The notes: generated by a model not told the origin, from the letters alone. A DNA stretch of 64,000 bases from Eledone cirrhosa (GCA_964016885.1 CAXHJY010000401.1:248001-312000), one strand, 5' to 3'. Positions 29,520-41,344 are shown, counted from the first letter of the stretch. Made by a program: numbers and translations.

Positions 29520-29635
29520 CAAGAGACATGGTCAGCCCATCTATGTTTGCCTTTCTTGGTGGTCTCAATTATATCCTTCGCGCCAGTCTGTTGTCCAATA
29601 CAGGTGTTGCTCTTCCTGTCACATAGGGTGACGCT
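29520..29635 (-). mobile_element. Decayed RTE-clade LINE fragment continuous with the 100-bp satellite
   Basis: Minus frame VTLCDRKSNTCIGQQTGAKDIIETTKKGKHRWADHVSC continues into the satellite as LRDNRWTVRVTEWSPRLWRRA*G*P, a typical RTE C-terminal pattern (WAGH..R..DNRWT....EW.PR...R.RGRP). Confidence 0.8.
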
Positions 29636-29756
29636 GGGTCAGTCCAAGTGTCTGTGGGGGCGTTGTGTACCCATGTCTCTCTTCCAGAAGCCATCACTGA
29701 CAAAACATATTCAGTAAACAGTTTACTTTTGGTTTTGATTTTTGAGAGAGTGGAGA

Positions 29757-30172
29757 AGGTGGAGTGGGCGCGACGAGAGGCCAGGTGGAGTGGGCCCGAC
29801 GAGAGGCCAGGTGGAGTGGGCCCGACGAGAGGCCAGGTGGAGTGGGCCCGACGAGAGGCCAGGTGGAGTGGGCCCGACGAGAGGCCAGGTGGAGTGGGCC
29901 CGACGAGAGGCCAAGTGGAGTGGGCGCGACGAGAGGCCAAGTGGAGTGGGCGCGACGAGAGGCCAGGTGGAGTGGGCCCGACGAGAGGCCAGGTGGAGTG
30001 GGCGCGACGAGAGGCCAGGTGGAGTGGGCGCGATGAGAGGCCAAGTGGAGTGGGCCCGACGAGAGGCCAAGTGGAGTGGGCGCGATGAGAGGCCAGGTGG
30101 AGTGGGCCCGACGAGAGGTCAGGTGGAGTGGGCGCGATGAGAGGCCAGGTGGAGTGGGCCCGACGAGAGGCC
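29757..30172. repeat. 26-bp GC-rich minisatellite, ~16 copies
   Basis: Unit aggcca(g/a)gtggagtgggc(c/g)cga(c/t)gag. Confidence 0.97.
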
Positions 30173-30583
30173 CGGGGGTGATACCACAGCCCCCCCCCCC
30201 CTCTATATGGCCGGAGGTAGCACAACTAGGGAGGGATTCCCGTAACAGGGGTGAGAAGGTCCTGGCTTCTGGCTATTGGACTGTGTCTTGGGAGAACATT
30301 TTAGTGATGGTGGTGGTGGTGGTGCTGGCGATGGGGGGTAATGGTGATTGTAGTGATGGTGGTGGTGGTGGTGGTGGGGGGGATAATGATGATGACGACA
30401 GTGATAATGAAAGTGATGATGATGATGATATGTATATATATACACGTATATATATACACACATATATATATACATATATATATATATATACACATATATA
30501 TATACACATATATATACATACACATGTATATATACACATATATATATATACACATGTATATATACACATATATATATACACAC

Positions 30584-30626
<43 letters not shown>

Positions 30627-30637
30627 TATATACACAC

Positions 30638-30670
<33 letters not shown>

Positions 30671-32208
30671 CACATATATATATACACATATATATACACA
30701 TATATATATATACACATGTATATATACACATATATATATATACACATGTATATATACACATATATATATATACACATGTATATATACACACATATATATA
30801 TACACACATATATATATACACACATATATATATACACACATATATATACACATATATATATACACACATATATATACACACATGTATATATACACATATA
30901 TATATACACATATATATACACATACATATACACGTATATATATATATACATATATACACGTATATATATATATATATACATATACACATACATACACATA
31001 CATACACATACATACACATACATATACACACATGTATACACATATATATATAATATGCACACATAGATATACACATTTATACACACACATATACAGACAC
31101 ATATGCACATACATACACACTCATACATGCATACACACATACATCACACATACATGCATATACATAAATATACACACACAGCTATACATACACACACACG
31201 CACCTGGTATTTTACTACCTGTCTTATGTCCTCTCTTAATTTATATTTGCCGCTTCATTTTTCTTTCTTTCTTCTTTTTTTTATTTTTATTTTTCTTCTT
31301 CTTCTTCTTCTTCTTCTTCTTTCTTCTTTCTTCTTTCTTCTTTCTTCTTTCTTCTTTCTTCTTTCTTCTTTCTTCTTTCTTCTTTCTTCTTCTTCTTTTT
31401 CTTTTTCTTTTCTTTTTTTCTTTTTCTTTTTCTTTTTCATCTTTTTCTTCCTTTTTCTTTTCTTTTCTTTTCATCTTTTTCGTCTTCTTCTTCTTCTTCT
31501 TCTTCTTCTTCTTTCTTCTTCTTTTCCTTCTTTTTCTTCTTTTTCTTTTTTCTTTTTTCTTTTTCTTTTTCTTTTTCTTCCTTCTTTCTTTCTGTGTCTG
31601 TCTGTCTTCCTTCACATCCCAGATATACCTAGCCAAACGTGTAGAGTCCCTCCCAACAGGTGAAGTGGTCGTTTCTGGCTGCTCTCCACGACATTGCGAT
31701 CGCCATCTTGTCTACCGTGAACCTCAGCTCAGATATACTATCTAACCAAAAACTGTATGATATTCTCCGTGATCTAGAGTGGCTGGTGTAGTGGGTAATG
31801 CTGGCCCTTCTCACTCTTCTCACTCTTTCCTTCTCCATTTTCTCTTTTTTCTCTTTCTTTTTCTCTCTATTTTTTCCATTCATTCATAAATAAAATTATA
31901 AACCATCTTACGATATTTACTGTTCCGCGTCCACTCTCTCCGCATTCTCTCTTTCTCTCTCTCTACATTCTCTCTTTCTCTCTCTCTACATTCTCTCTCT
32001 CTCTCTCCCTCTCTCTCTCTCTCTCACTCTCTTCCCCCCCCTCTCATTAACCCCTCAACCCCTCTCTCTCTCCCCTCCCTCCATCACCCCTCTCTCTCTC
32101 CCCTCCCTCCATCACCCCCTCCCTCCATCACCCCCTCCCTCCATCACCCCCTCTCCTCCCTCCATATCCCCCTCTCTCTCTCTCCCTCACTCTCTCCCTC
32201 CCCCTGTC

Positions 32209-32239
<31 letters not shown>

Positions 32240-32460
32240 TCCCCCCTTCCTCCCATTTCCCCCCTCCCCTCTCTGCCCCCTATCTCTCCCCTCTCTCTAT
32301 CTCCATGCTACCCCTCATACTACCACCAACGTCTCTCAGTGACATTCGTATCTGTCAGTTGTTTTGTCCATTTAAATAATTTCAAAACCTTTTGTTTGTC
32401 TCATGAGAAATTCTCTCTCTCCCTCGGGAAGATATAGTTGTCAACTTTAGCCTTTGTCTC

Positions 32461-32508
<48 letters not shown>

Positions 32509-32883
32509 AATATATATATATATATATATACATACATACACACACACACACACACATGTATATACATATATACACACACACTCATATATATATATATATA
32601 ACGTCTCCACTTTGTTCTTATTATATATATTTATATGCGTGTGTATGTGTGTGTGTGTGTGTGTGTGTGTAAAACAATGAAACCACGTAAGTTGCATTGT
32701 TGACAGAAATTAGTTGAGTTCCCTGTCAATGTCTTGACTAATGACATGACAGGAGGTCCCTGTCATTGTGAAAACCACGAGGAAGCTCCTATGAGATACA
32801 GCCTTGTGGGAGGCCAGATAGAGCTACATAGGTGTCAGTTGTAACCACAGCAAATACGAAACTATATATATATATATATATAA

Positions 32884-33275
32884 AGAATTAAAAAGAACAG
32901 AAAGATGCAGTAAAAGAGATTTATTCGGTTCTTACGTACGTTTCAATAGACATCTATTTGCCTAGATCTCGCTACATCTATAATTGTTTCTACTTTTGGC
33001 ACAAGGCCATCAATTACCCAGTGCATTACTGGTACTTTATTTTATCGACCCCGTAGAGCATTCGATATCCAATGCACAATCGATCCCATATCATCAGAGA
33101 TTATGAAAACATAATCTCTGATGATATGGGATCGATTGTGCATTGGATATCGAATGCTCTACTAAATATATAATATTATAGATGTAGCGAGATCTAGGCA
33201 AATAGATGTCTATTGAAACGTACGTAAGACCCGAATAAATCTCTTTTACTGCATCTTTCTGTTCTTTTTAATTCT
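32884..33275. mobile_element. Large head-to-head palindromic element (F5)
   Basis: Inverted arms around an AAAA loop at 33106-33109. The left arm carries a SINE fragment at 32985-33052. Confidence 0.85.
33115..33229 (+). ncRNA. Hammerhead ribozyme with ~90-nt expanded helix II, family F5
   Basis: UCU-CUGAUGA-uAUGGG...UCUAUu-GAA-ACGUACGU-A-AGA, with palindromic helix III. A mirror copy on the minus strand at 32930-33100 is interrupted by a SINE fragment. Confidence 0.65.
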
Positions 33276-33420
33276 CTATACACGCCCCGGAATATAGCTA
33301 AACTGGAATATACACCTTTTTTCTGCATTTCGTTGAGCACCACTCTGTTGTAAGCTGACATTCCACTACACGGTACATAACACTGTGTCCTGGAAAACAT
33401 TAATGCACTCGTGCATAACC

Positions 33421-33461
<41 letters not shown>

Positions 33462-33737
33462 AACAAGTATGACCCCGACGGCAGAGCTCAAGCCGTTTCG
33501 ACGGCTAATTCTGGACTCCAGAATTAGCCGAGTCCAGAATTAGCCGTCGAAACTGCTTGAGCTGTGCCGTCGGGGTCATACTTGTTCCTATTACCCACTC
33601 TACTACCCTAAGTATTGAGTACTTTGGTGCGTTATGGTCCATCTGGTTCCTTGCCACATTTCCTTCGTTATATATATATAGACATATTGGATATATTTCC
33701 AATTTATCCAACTTGGGTGTCTGTCAATATATATATA

Positions 33738-33777
<40 letters not shown>

Positions 33778-33905
33778 TATATATATGTTTATCCCGGGTT
33801 CAATCGGGGGTAACCACAGTAAGTAAGGTACTCAATACATAGCAGAGTATAAATATTTAATATAGAAATGGCTTCTCCAGAAAACATATATTACTTGGAC
33901 AGTCG

Positions 33906-33954
33906 GCTTCCTGATGATTTCTCCCGAATGAAACAGTTCTAGTCCTGTAGAAGC
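33906..33954 (+). ncRNA. Type-I hammerhead ribozyme with looped helix III, family F6
   Basis: GCUUC-CUGAUGA-uUUC uccc GAAu-GAA-ACAG uucuaguc CUGU-A-GAAGC, cleavage triplet GUA. Other family copies are at 53284-53400 (-, truncated in the core) and 8839-8976 (diverged fold-back). Confidence 0.82.
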
Positions 33955-33965
33955 TATTTCTATAT

Positions 33966-34010
<45 letters not shown>

Positions 34011-34018
34011 ATGTATGT

Positions 34019-34210
34019 CGGGTCACTCTTGAGTGCTACTGGTAACATGTAACCCAGTACAACCTGTCGCATGGTCGGGTCGTCGGCGACTAAACGGGCA
34101 ACCCCACCAAGTTTACTTGGTGAGGAGGGTAATTTTGGACACCCTGCAGGACAAACAACAAAACCTGACAAAGGGCGGAAGAACTCATAAGAGTCAACGG
34201 CCATCCAAAA
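34019..34210 (+). mobile_element. Structured GC-rich island, probable LINE (RTE-like) 5' UTR remnant
   Basis: Consecutive hairpins cactc-tt-gagtg, tactgg..ccagta, gtcgc..gcgac, caccaagt-tt-acttggtg and agggt..accct between microsatellites. The family call is from recollection only. Confidence 0.4.
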
Positions 34211-34445
34211 GTTTGTAAATGTGTATATACACACAAACAGTCACTCACACACTCTCTCACTCACACACACACACTCTCACACTCTCACACTCTCACACAC
34301 ACACACACACACACACTCACACTCACTCGTACACACACACACTCACTCACACTCACTCTCACTCTCACACACACATTCTCTCTCACACGCACACACACAC
34401 AAACTCACTCACACACACACACACACACACACTCTCTCACACTCA

Positions 34446-34487
<42 letters not shown>

Positions 34488-34503
34488 CTCACTCTCACAC
34501 ACA

Positions 34504-34573
<70 letters not shown>

Positions 34574-34964
34574 CTCTCTACCACATCAGTCACTGTTTAG
34601 TAGTCAATGCAGAACAAACCACATCCAGATGATAGGAGCTGCTGTGTGTGGCTGTGTGTGTGTGTGTGTGTGTGTGGCTGTGTGTGTGTGGATGTGTGTG
34701 AGTGTGTGGATGTGTGTGTGGATGTGTGTGTGTGTGGATGTGTGTGTGGATGTGTGTGTGGATGTGTGTGTGGATGTGTGTGTGTGTGTGGCTGTGTGTG
34801 TGTGTGGATGTGTGTGTGTGTGTGGATGTGTGTGTGCTATAAATATATATATGTGTACATGATACAAACTCACACATACATTTATATATATATATATATA
34901 TGTATGTGTATATATATATATATGTATATATATATGTTTATATATATATGTATATTTATATATG

Positions 34965-35131
<167 letters not shown>

Positions 35132-35166
35132 GTATATATGTATATATATATGTATGTATGTATATG

Positions 35167-35311
<145 letters not shown>

Positions 35312-35362
35312 GTATATATGTATATATATATGTATGTATGTATATGTATATATATATATGTA

Positions 35363-35407
<45 letters not shown>

Positions 35408-35432
35408 ATGTATATTTATATATATGTATATT

Positions 35433-35513
<81 letters not shown>

Positions 35514-35516
35514 ATT

Positions 35517-35563
<47 letters not shown>

Positions 35564-35614
35564 ATATATATATATGTATATATGTATATATGTATATATA
35601 TATATGTATGTATG

Positions 35615-35674
<60 letters not shown>

Positions 35675-35992
35675 GATATATATATGTATATATATATATA
35701 TATGTAGATATATATATGTATATATATATATATATGTAGATATATATATGTATATATATATATATACATATATATACTGTGTGCTTTTTGCTCATAATAA
35801 TTTCTATACTTTTCATTTATATATATATATGTGTGTGTGTGTGTGTATTTATATATATTTATATGTATTTATATATATATGTATTTATATGTATATATAT
35901 ATATATGTTGATATATATATATATATATATATATATAAACGCACACACACACACACACATATTTATATAATTATACATGTAACACTTCAAAT

Positions 35993-36030
<38 letters not shown>

Positions 36031-36377
36031 GTACATACATCTGTCAATATATCTATCAGTTTGTCTACCCCACCCTCCTTCCTTCTCTCTCCTCCCCCTC
36101 CTTCAATATATCTCTGCCCCCTGCTGTTTTCCACTTCCGCTAGAAGCAGTTACAAACACATTTCACTTCCGTACTTCAGTAAAAGTGAAGCATACCTCAC
36201 AGAGTATCATTTCATCTCACTCCCCGTTGAACATTACTTCCACTACAGGCTTCCATATAATATAAATCAGCCGATCCTTTAGGCCTTCCATATATATATA
36301 TATATATAGTGCTGGAGCACTCAGTCCATGGGACGAGTTAGGTAGAAATGGTTACACAACAGTTTGTTCACCTTACT

Positions 36378-36413
36378 GAGAACAATTGTTTCACCTTAGC
36401 GGATCCTCAGCTC
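36378..36413 (-). ncRNA. Minimal type-I hammerhead ribozyme, family F7 (left arm of palindrome)
   Basis: Reverse strand reads GAG-CUGAGGA-uCC gcuaa GGu-GAA-ACAAUUGU-U-CUC. Confidence 0.85.
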
Positions 36414-36427
36414 GTAATGGCCATTAC

Positions 36428-36463
36428 GAGCTGACGACCCGCTAAGGTGAAACAATTGTTCTC
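36428..36463 (+). ncRNA. Minimal type-I hammerhead ribozyme, family F7 (right arm of palindrome)
   Basis: GAG-CUGACGA-cCC gcuaa GGu-GAA-ACAAUUGU-U-CUC, with palindromic helix III. Confidence 0.85.
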
Positions 36464-36494
36464 AGTATGGTGAACTAACTGTTGTGTAACCACT

Positions 36495-36525
<31 letters not shown>

Positions 36526-36679
36526 TGCCCCCTCGTTATCGAGTATGGCCATTGCACGAGGAGAAAAAATAAATAAATATATATAAAAAAAAAAAATATA
36601 TATATATATATAAATATACATACATACATACACACACACACACATATATATACTAAATATATATATACATATATAATAT

Positions 36680-36742
<63 letters not shown>

Positions 36743-36822
36743 ATATAATATATATATATTATATATATATATATAATATATATATATTATATATATATAT
36801 ATAATATATATATATTATATAT

Positions 36823-36855
<33 letters not shown>

Positions 36856-36857
<2 letters not shown>

Positions 36858-36907
36858 TTGTCTGATGAGGACGTACTGTTGTACATCTGAAATATGTATA
36901 ATAAAAT
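36856..36907 (+). ncRNA. Type-I hammerhead ribozyme, family F2 (shortened helix II)
   Basis: AUUUGU-CUGAUGA-GGAC GUAC uguu GUAC AUCU-GAA-AUAUGUAU-A-AUAAAAU. Same family as 1481-1545 and flanked by (TA)n. Confidence 0.78.
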
Positions 36908-36947
36908 GTAATTTATAAAAAGAACATCTATTTTATTAATATTTGTA

Positions 36948-37013
<66 letters not shown>

Positions 37014-37163
37014 ATCTGTATTATTTTTGACCGTCGGTCAGTCAATGGCAACATTGAGGACCGAGTATATTAGATTACCGATATAAAAGACACAGAAGCG
37101 AAAACCAACCAAACAGTGAGTGTGTTCTGGCAATATTACACAAATATGACCCTCCCCAAGTAT

Positions 37164-37203
<40 letters not shown>

Positions 37204-37503
37204 TAACTGTTGGTCAACCAATGACAAATATTGATTGACAGTAAATTATATATAGGGATATAAAATATACGGAAGCGAAAACCAATCCAAACCAAACAGT
37301 GAGTGTGTTTTACTACTATTTCTGGCAATATTATAACAATATGACCCTCCCCATATATATATAACAAAGAAGGTGTGGTAAGATACCAGGTGGACCATAA
37401 CGCACCAGAGTACTCAATACCTAGGGTAGCAGAGTGGGTAATAGGAAAAGAGTCACGCTGTCGAAACGACCGGGGCTCAGCCGTCGTGTCTTGACACTTT
37501 TCC

Positions 37504-37534
<31 letters not shown>

Positions 37535-37794
37535 AAAAAAAAGGTAACAATGAAAGCAGCACTGAAGTTTATTTAAAGAATCTTTTTTCTTCTTTAATCC
37601 GACAATGTGATTATTGAAAAACATTTTTTCTGAAAAAAAAATTTTGTGGGTAAAAAGGTTTTTATAAAATATGTAAAAAATATTACCGCCTCCGATGTTA
37701 TCGATCTTATCAAATATTAAAAGTTAAGAATCAAAATTAAAAAAAAGTATGAACTTTTAATAGTTTGTAAGATGGGTATCGGAACCGCTAACAT

Positions 37795-37958
37795 CAGTAT
37801 CGGTAGAGGGTCAAACGCCATGCTTTGAAGCATAGAGTTACCTGCCTTTATGATCAGAGGTTAACTTTGCCTTTCATCCTTACGGGGGTCGATAAAATAA
37901 AGTACCAGTAATACACTGGGTATTTGCTGGCCTTGGGCCAAAAGTAGAAACAATTATT
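37795..37958 (+). mobile_element. SINE S1 (B box deleted), upstream of Wnt exon
   Basis: cagtatcggtagagggtc...tcagag|gttaactttgcctttcatcc...aaagtagaaacaattatt. The segment ttcaaatcccgccgag is missing. Confidence 0.85.
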
Positions 37959-38043
37959 TTATATATTTTATAAAAACCTTTTTTAAAAAATGTTTTTCTA
38001 GTGTCTTTTTTTTTTTTGTCTGATTAAAGAAGAGAAAAACTTA

Positions 38044-38109
38044 AGGTGTAGAGGTATTGTGGGCAAACTAAATTAAAAGGTAAGCTTTGTATGTGGGAGA
38101 TGCACAGGG
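38044..38109 (+). mobile_element. Possible tiny RTE-like LINE remnant
   Basis: RCRGIVGKLN*KVSFVCGRCTG resembles the Cys-rich insertion of some RTE ORFs; very short. Confidence 0.35.
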
Positions 38110-38187
38110 GTAAGTTAGTAGCAAGAGACCTCGTGTTATAAACTTATATAATATCTAGTCTCTGTTTTTTTTTCTTCTGTTCTGCAG

Positions 38188-38468
38188 GTACGCGGGAGCA
38201 AGCTTATGTTTATGCAGTCACCTCGGCCGCTCTCGCCCACGCTGTCGCCAGAGCATGCAGTATAGGTGTAACGACGAAATGCAGTTGTGGTTCTTTACCG
38301 AACACTTCACCGTCGGGTGCCTTTAAATGGGGTGGCTGTGGTGATGACACTCAGTACGGTCTGGAGTTCAGTGAAGCCTTTACCGACAGTACACTTATGA
38401 AAAAACTTAAACAGAAGCGTTCAAAGAAAGCCGAAATGAACAGACATAACAACCAGGCTGGTCGCACG
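38188..38468 (+). CDS. Wnt11: Internal coding exon of a Wnt ligand gene, most similar to the Wnt11 subfamily
   Basis: Acceptor tctgttttttttttcttctgttctgcAG before 38188 and donor GTAAGT at 38469. The 281 nt (phase 1 start, phase 0 end) translate without stops to (G)TREQAYVYAVTSAALAHAVARACSIGVTTKCSCGSLPNTSPSGAFKWGGCGDDTQYGLEFSEAFTDSTLMKKLKQKRSKKAEMNRHNNQAGRT. Wnt motifs GTRE, ARAC, CSC, WGGC.D and MNxHNNxAGR are present, and the boundaries match conserved Wnt intron positions. Wnt family is near certain; the Wnt11 subfamily call is from recognition only. Confidence 0.93.
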
Positions 38469-38624
38469 GTAAGTTAGTTGCCTTTTGTCTCTATCTTTCA
38501 CAATCCGAAGCAATTGTCAATTGTCAATTGTCTTCTCTCGGCTACCATTGGAACAAAAGGATGATATTGTCATCTAACACGTGGTGTTTTATGAGGCTGT
38601 TTACTTGTAAACAAACTGAATATT

Positions 38625-38878
38625 AATAATTGTTTCTACATTTGGCACAGGACCAGCAATTACCCAGTGCATTACTGGTACTTTATTTTATCGAACCCGT
38701 TAAGGATGAAAGCCAAAGTTAACTTCGACGGGATTTGAACTCAGACCGTAAAGGGACATAACTATGCTGGAAAGCATATTGTCGAGCCCCCACGTGGGTA
38801 TCGGTAACGGTCATTCCTTGTCTGGCACTTGAACTAAAACTTGGGCGTCCGACCCTCTACCGATACTGCCAATTCACC
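38625..38878 (-). mobile_element. SINE S1 with ~65-bp foreign insert, downstream of Wnt exon
   Basis: Reverse-complement S1 copy; the insert at ~38778-38843 splits aagcat|ggcgtccgacc. Confidence 0.85.
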
Positions 38879-38912
38879 GGCCTTAATATTAATATGATGA
38901 TATTACTCATGA

Positions 38913-38943
<31 letters not shown>

Positions 38944-39116
38944 ATATTATATATATATTATATATATATATTATATATATTATATATTATATATATATAT
39001 ATTATATATATTATATATTATATATATATATATATTATATATATTATATATTATATATATATATATTATATATATATGTATTAATAAATGGAAACTATAT
39101 TTATAAAACCATATTT

Positions 39117-39180
39117 ATTTTATTTTATATATTTCAAGGGCAACGAAAGCAAATTATGGTGCGCTTTCATCAGATAAAAT
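39117..39180 (-). ncRNA. Degenerate hammerhead ribozyme, family F2
   Basis: Reverse strand reads AUUUUAU-CUGAUGA-AAGcgca...ugccCUU-GAA-AUAUAU-A-aa-AUAAAAU. The helix I/III register is imperfect. Confidence 0.6.
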
Positions 39181-39278
39181 ACAGATTTGTTTTATAAATA
39201 AATATTGACATACCCGGAAAAAAAGACAACCTTAACGGTTGAAGCTTCTGGATCCCAACAAATTAAATATAACCTCTG

Positions 39279-39327
<49 letters not shown>

Positions 39328-39924
39328 AAAAAAGATGAAATCGAAAATGCAACTGGAGTGTTTTTTTTATAAAAATATATATTTATTTGGTTTCTTTACC
39401 GGTTTCGCAGATATATATAGACACATATATACACATGTATACCGACATATATACACTCACATATATATACACACACACATATACCCACAAATATACAGCA
39501 CATATACCTACACATACACACACACACACACACACGTATATACCCATACATACACACATACATACACATATACCCACACACACACATACACACAGATACA
39601 CATACACACATATATCCACATACACACACATGTATCCACATATATACACACATATATACACACACACACACATATATATATATACACATATATACACACA
39701 TATATACCCACCTCTACACACATATACACACACACATATATATATATATACACACCATCTCCTATTTCAGCGTTATTTTCTACGACAAAGAAAACACTAT
39801 AAAAATTCCTCGAGTCGATGAAATTTATCACTGTTGAGTTTTACGGCCGGGCCAGACATATTTCTAGCGACACCACACTATATATATATATGTATATATA
39901 TGTGTGTGTGTAATGGATGGATAG

Positions 39925-39979
<55 letters not shown>

Positions 39980-40006
39980 TATATATATATAGGTATATCT
40001 ATCTAC

Positions 40007-40043
<37 letters not shown>

Positions 40044-40061
40044 TATATCTATCTACATATG

Positions 40062-40097
<36 letters not shown>

Positions 40098-40268
40098 GGT
40101 ATATCTATCTACATATGTATATATATGTGTGTGTGTGTGTAATTATATATATATGTATATGTATATTTATATATATATATATATATACCTATATTTATTT
40201 ATATATATATATATATACATACACATATATATACACACGTATATATATATATACATAGGTATATATAA

Positions 40269-40301
<33 letters not shown>

Positions 40302-40632
40302 TATATAATTACACACACACACACATAAATATATTATATGTCCCTCTTTATTATTATCCACGTTGTTGTCTTCTGTCTTATCTTTTAAATAGTGCCCAAA
40401 TAGTGATTGTAAAGTTGCCTTGGGGAGCTGCTCCCCACACCCTCGGGGGGTTACTACCCTCACCCTCGGGGTACCCACACCAATATATATGACAGACCAC
40501 CAACAAATGGCTTACGTTCCCACAGACCGTTTCTCTCTCCTCGCCGCCCTTCACGATGTCATTTTAAATGAATTTAGATTTTCGTTTAAATGCATTAACT
40601 CCCATTGTTTTGCTTTCATTATATTCACATAG

Positions 40633-40674
<42 letters not shown>

Positions 40675-40904
40675 AGAGACACAGACACACATACACACAG
40701 ACACACACACGCATAGATACACACACACATATACACATACACACATACACATATACACACATACACACACACAGAGACACAGACACACATACACACAGAC
40801 ACACACACACACATACACACATACACATATACACATACACACATACACATATACACACATACACACACATACACTCACACAGACATACACACATACTCAC
40901 ACAC

Positions 40905-40939
<35 letters not shown>

Positions 40940-41163
40940 TATTTATTTATATTTATATATATTCATTAGTTAAGCAAAACATATATATTTTATATATATA
41001 TATTTATATATATGTATATATATTGATATATATATATTTATATATATATATATTTATATATATGTATATATATATATATATGTGTGTATATATATATGTA
41101 TATATATATGTATATATATATATATATGTATATAATATGTATGTATATATATGTATATATATG

Positions 41164-41244
<81 letters not shown>

Positions 41245-41251
41245 GTGTGTG

Positions 41252-41322
<71 letters not shown>

Positions 41323-41344
41323 GTGTGTGTATATATATATATAC

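Larger units (their letters stand above)
36349..36492. mobile_element. Loop-less palindrome (72-bp arms) carrying two divergent hammerheads
   Basis: Centre cgtaatgg|ccattacg at 36420/36421, with about 4 arm mismatches. Flanked by (TA)n. Confidence 0.88.

Noticed and set aside
29569-30225. Overlapping ORFs in the GC-rich repeat
   Set aside because: A 26-bp unit without stops in most frames; not codon-periodic.
38160-38193. AG|GT at the exon start as a recursive splice site
   Set aside because: GTACGC is a weak donor and is explained by the conserved Gly codon at this Wnt intron position.
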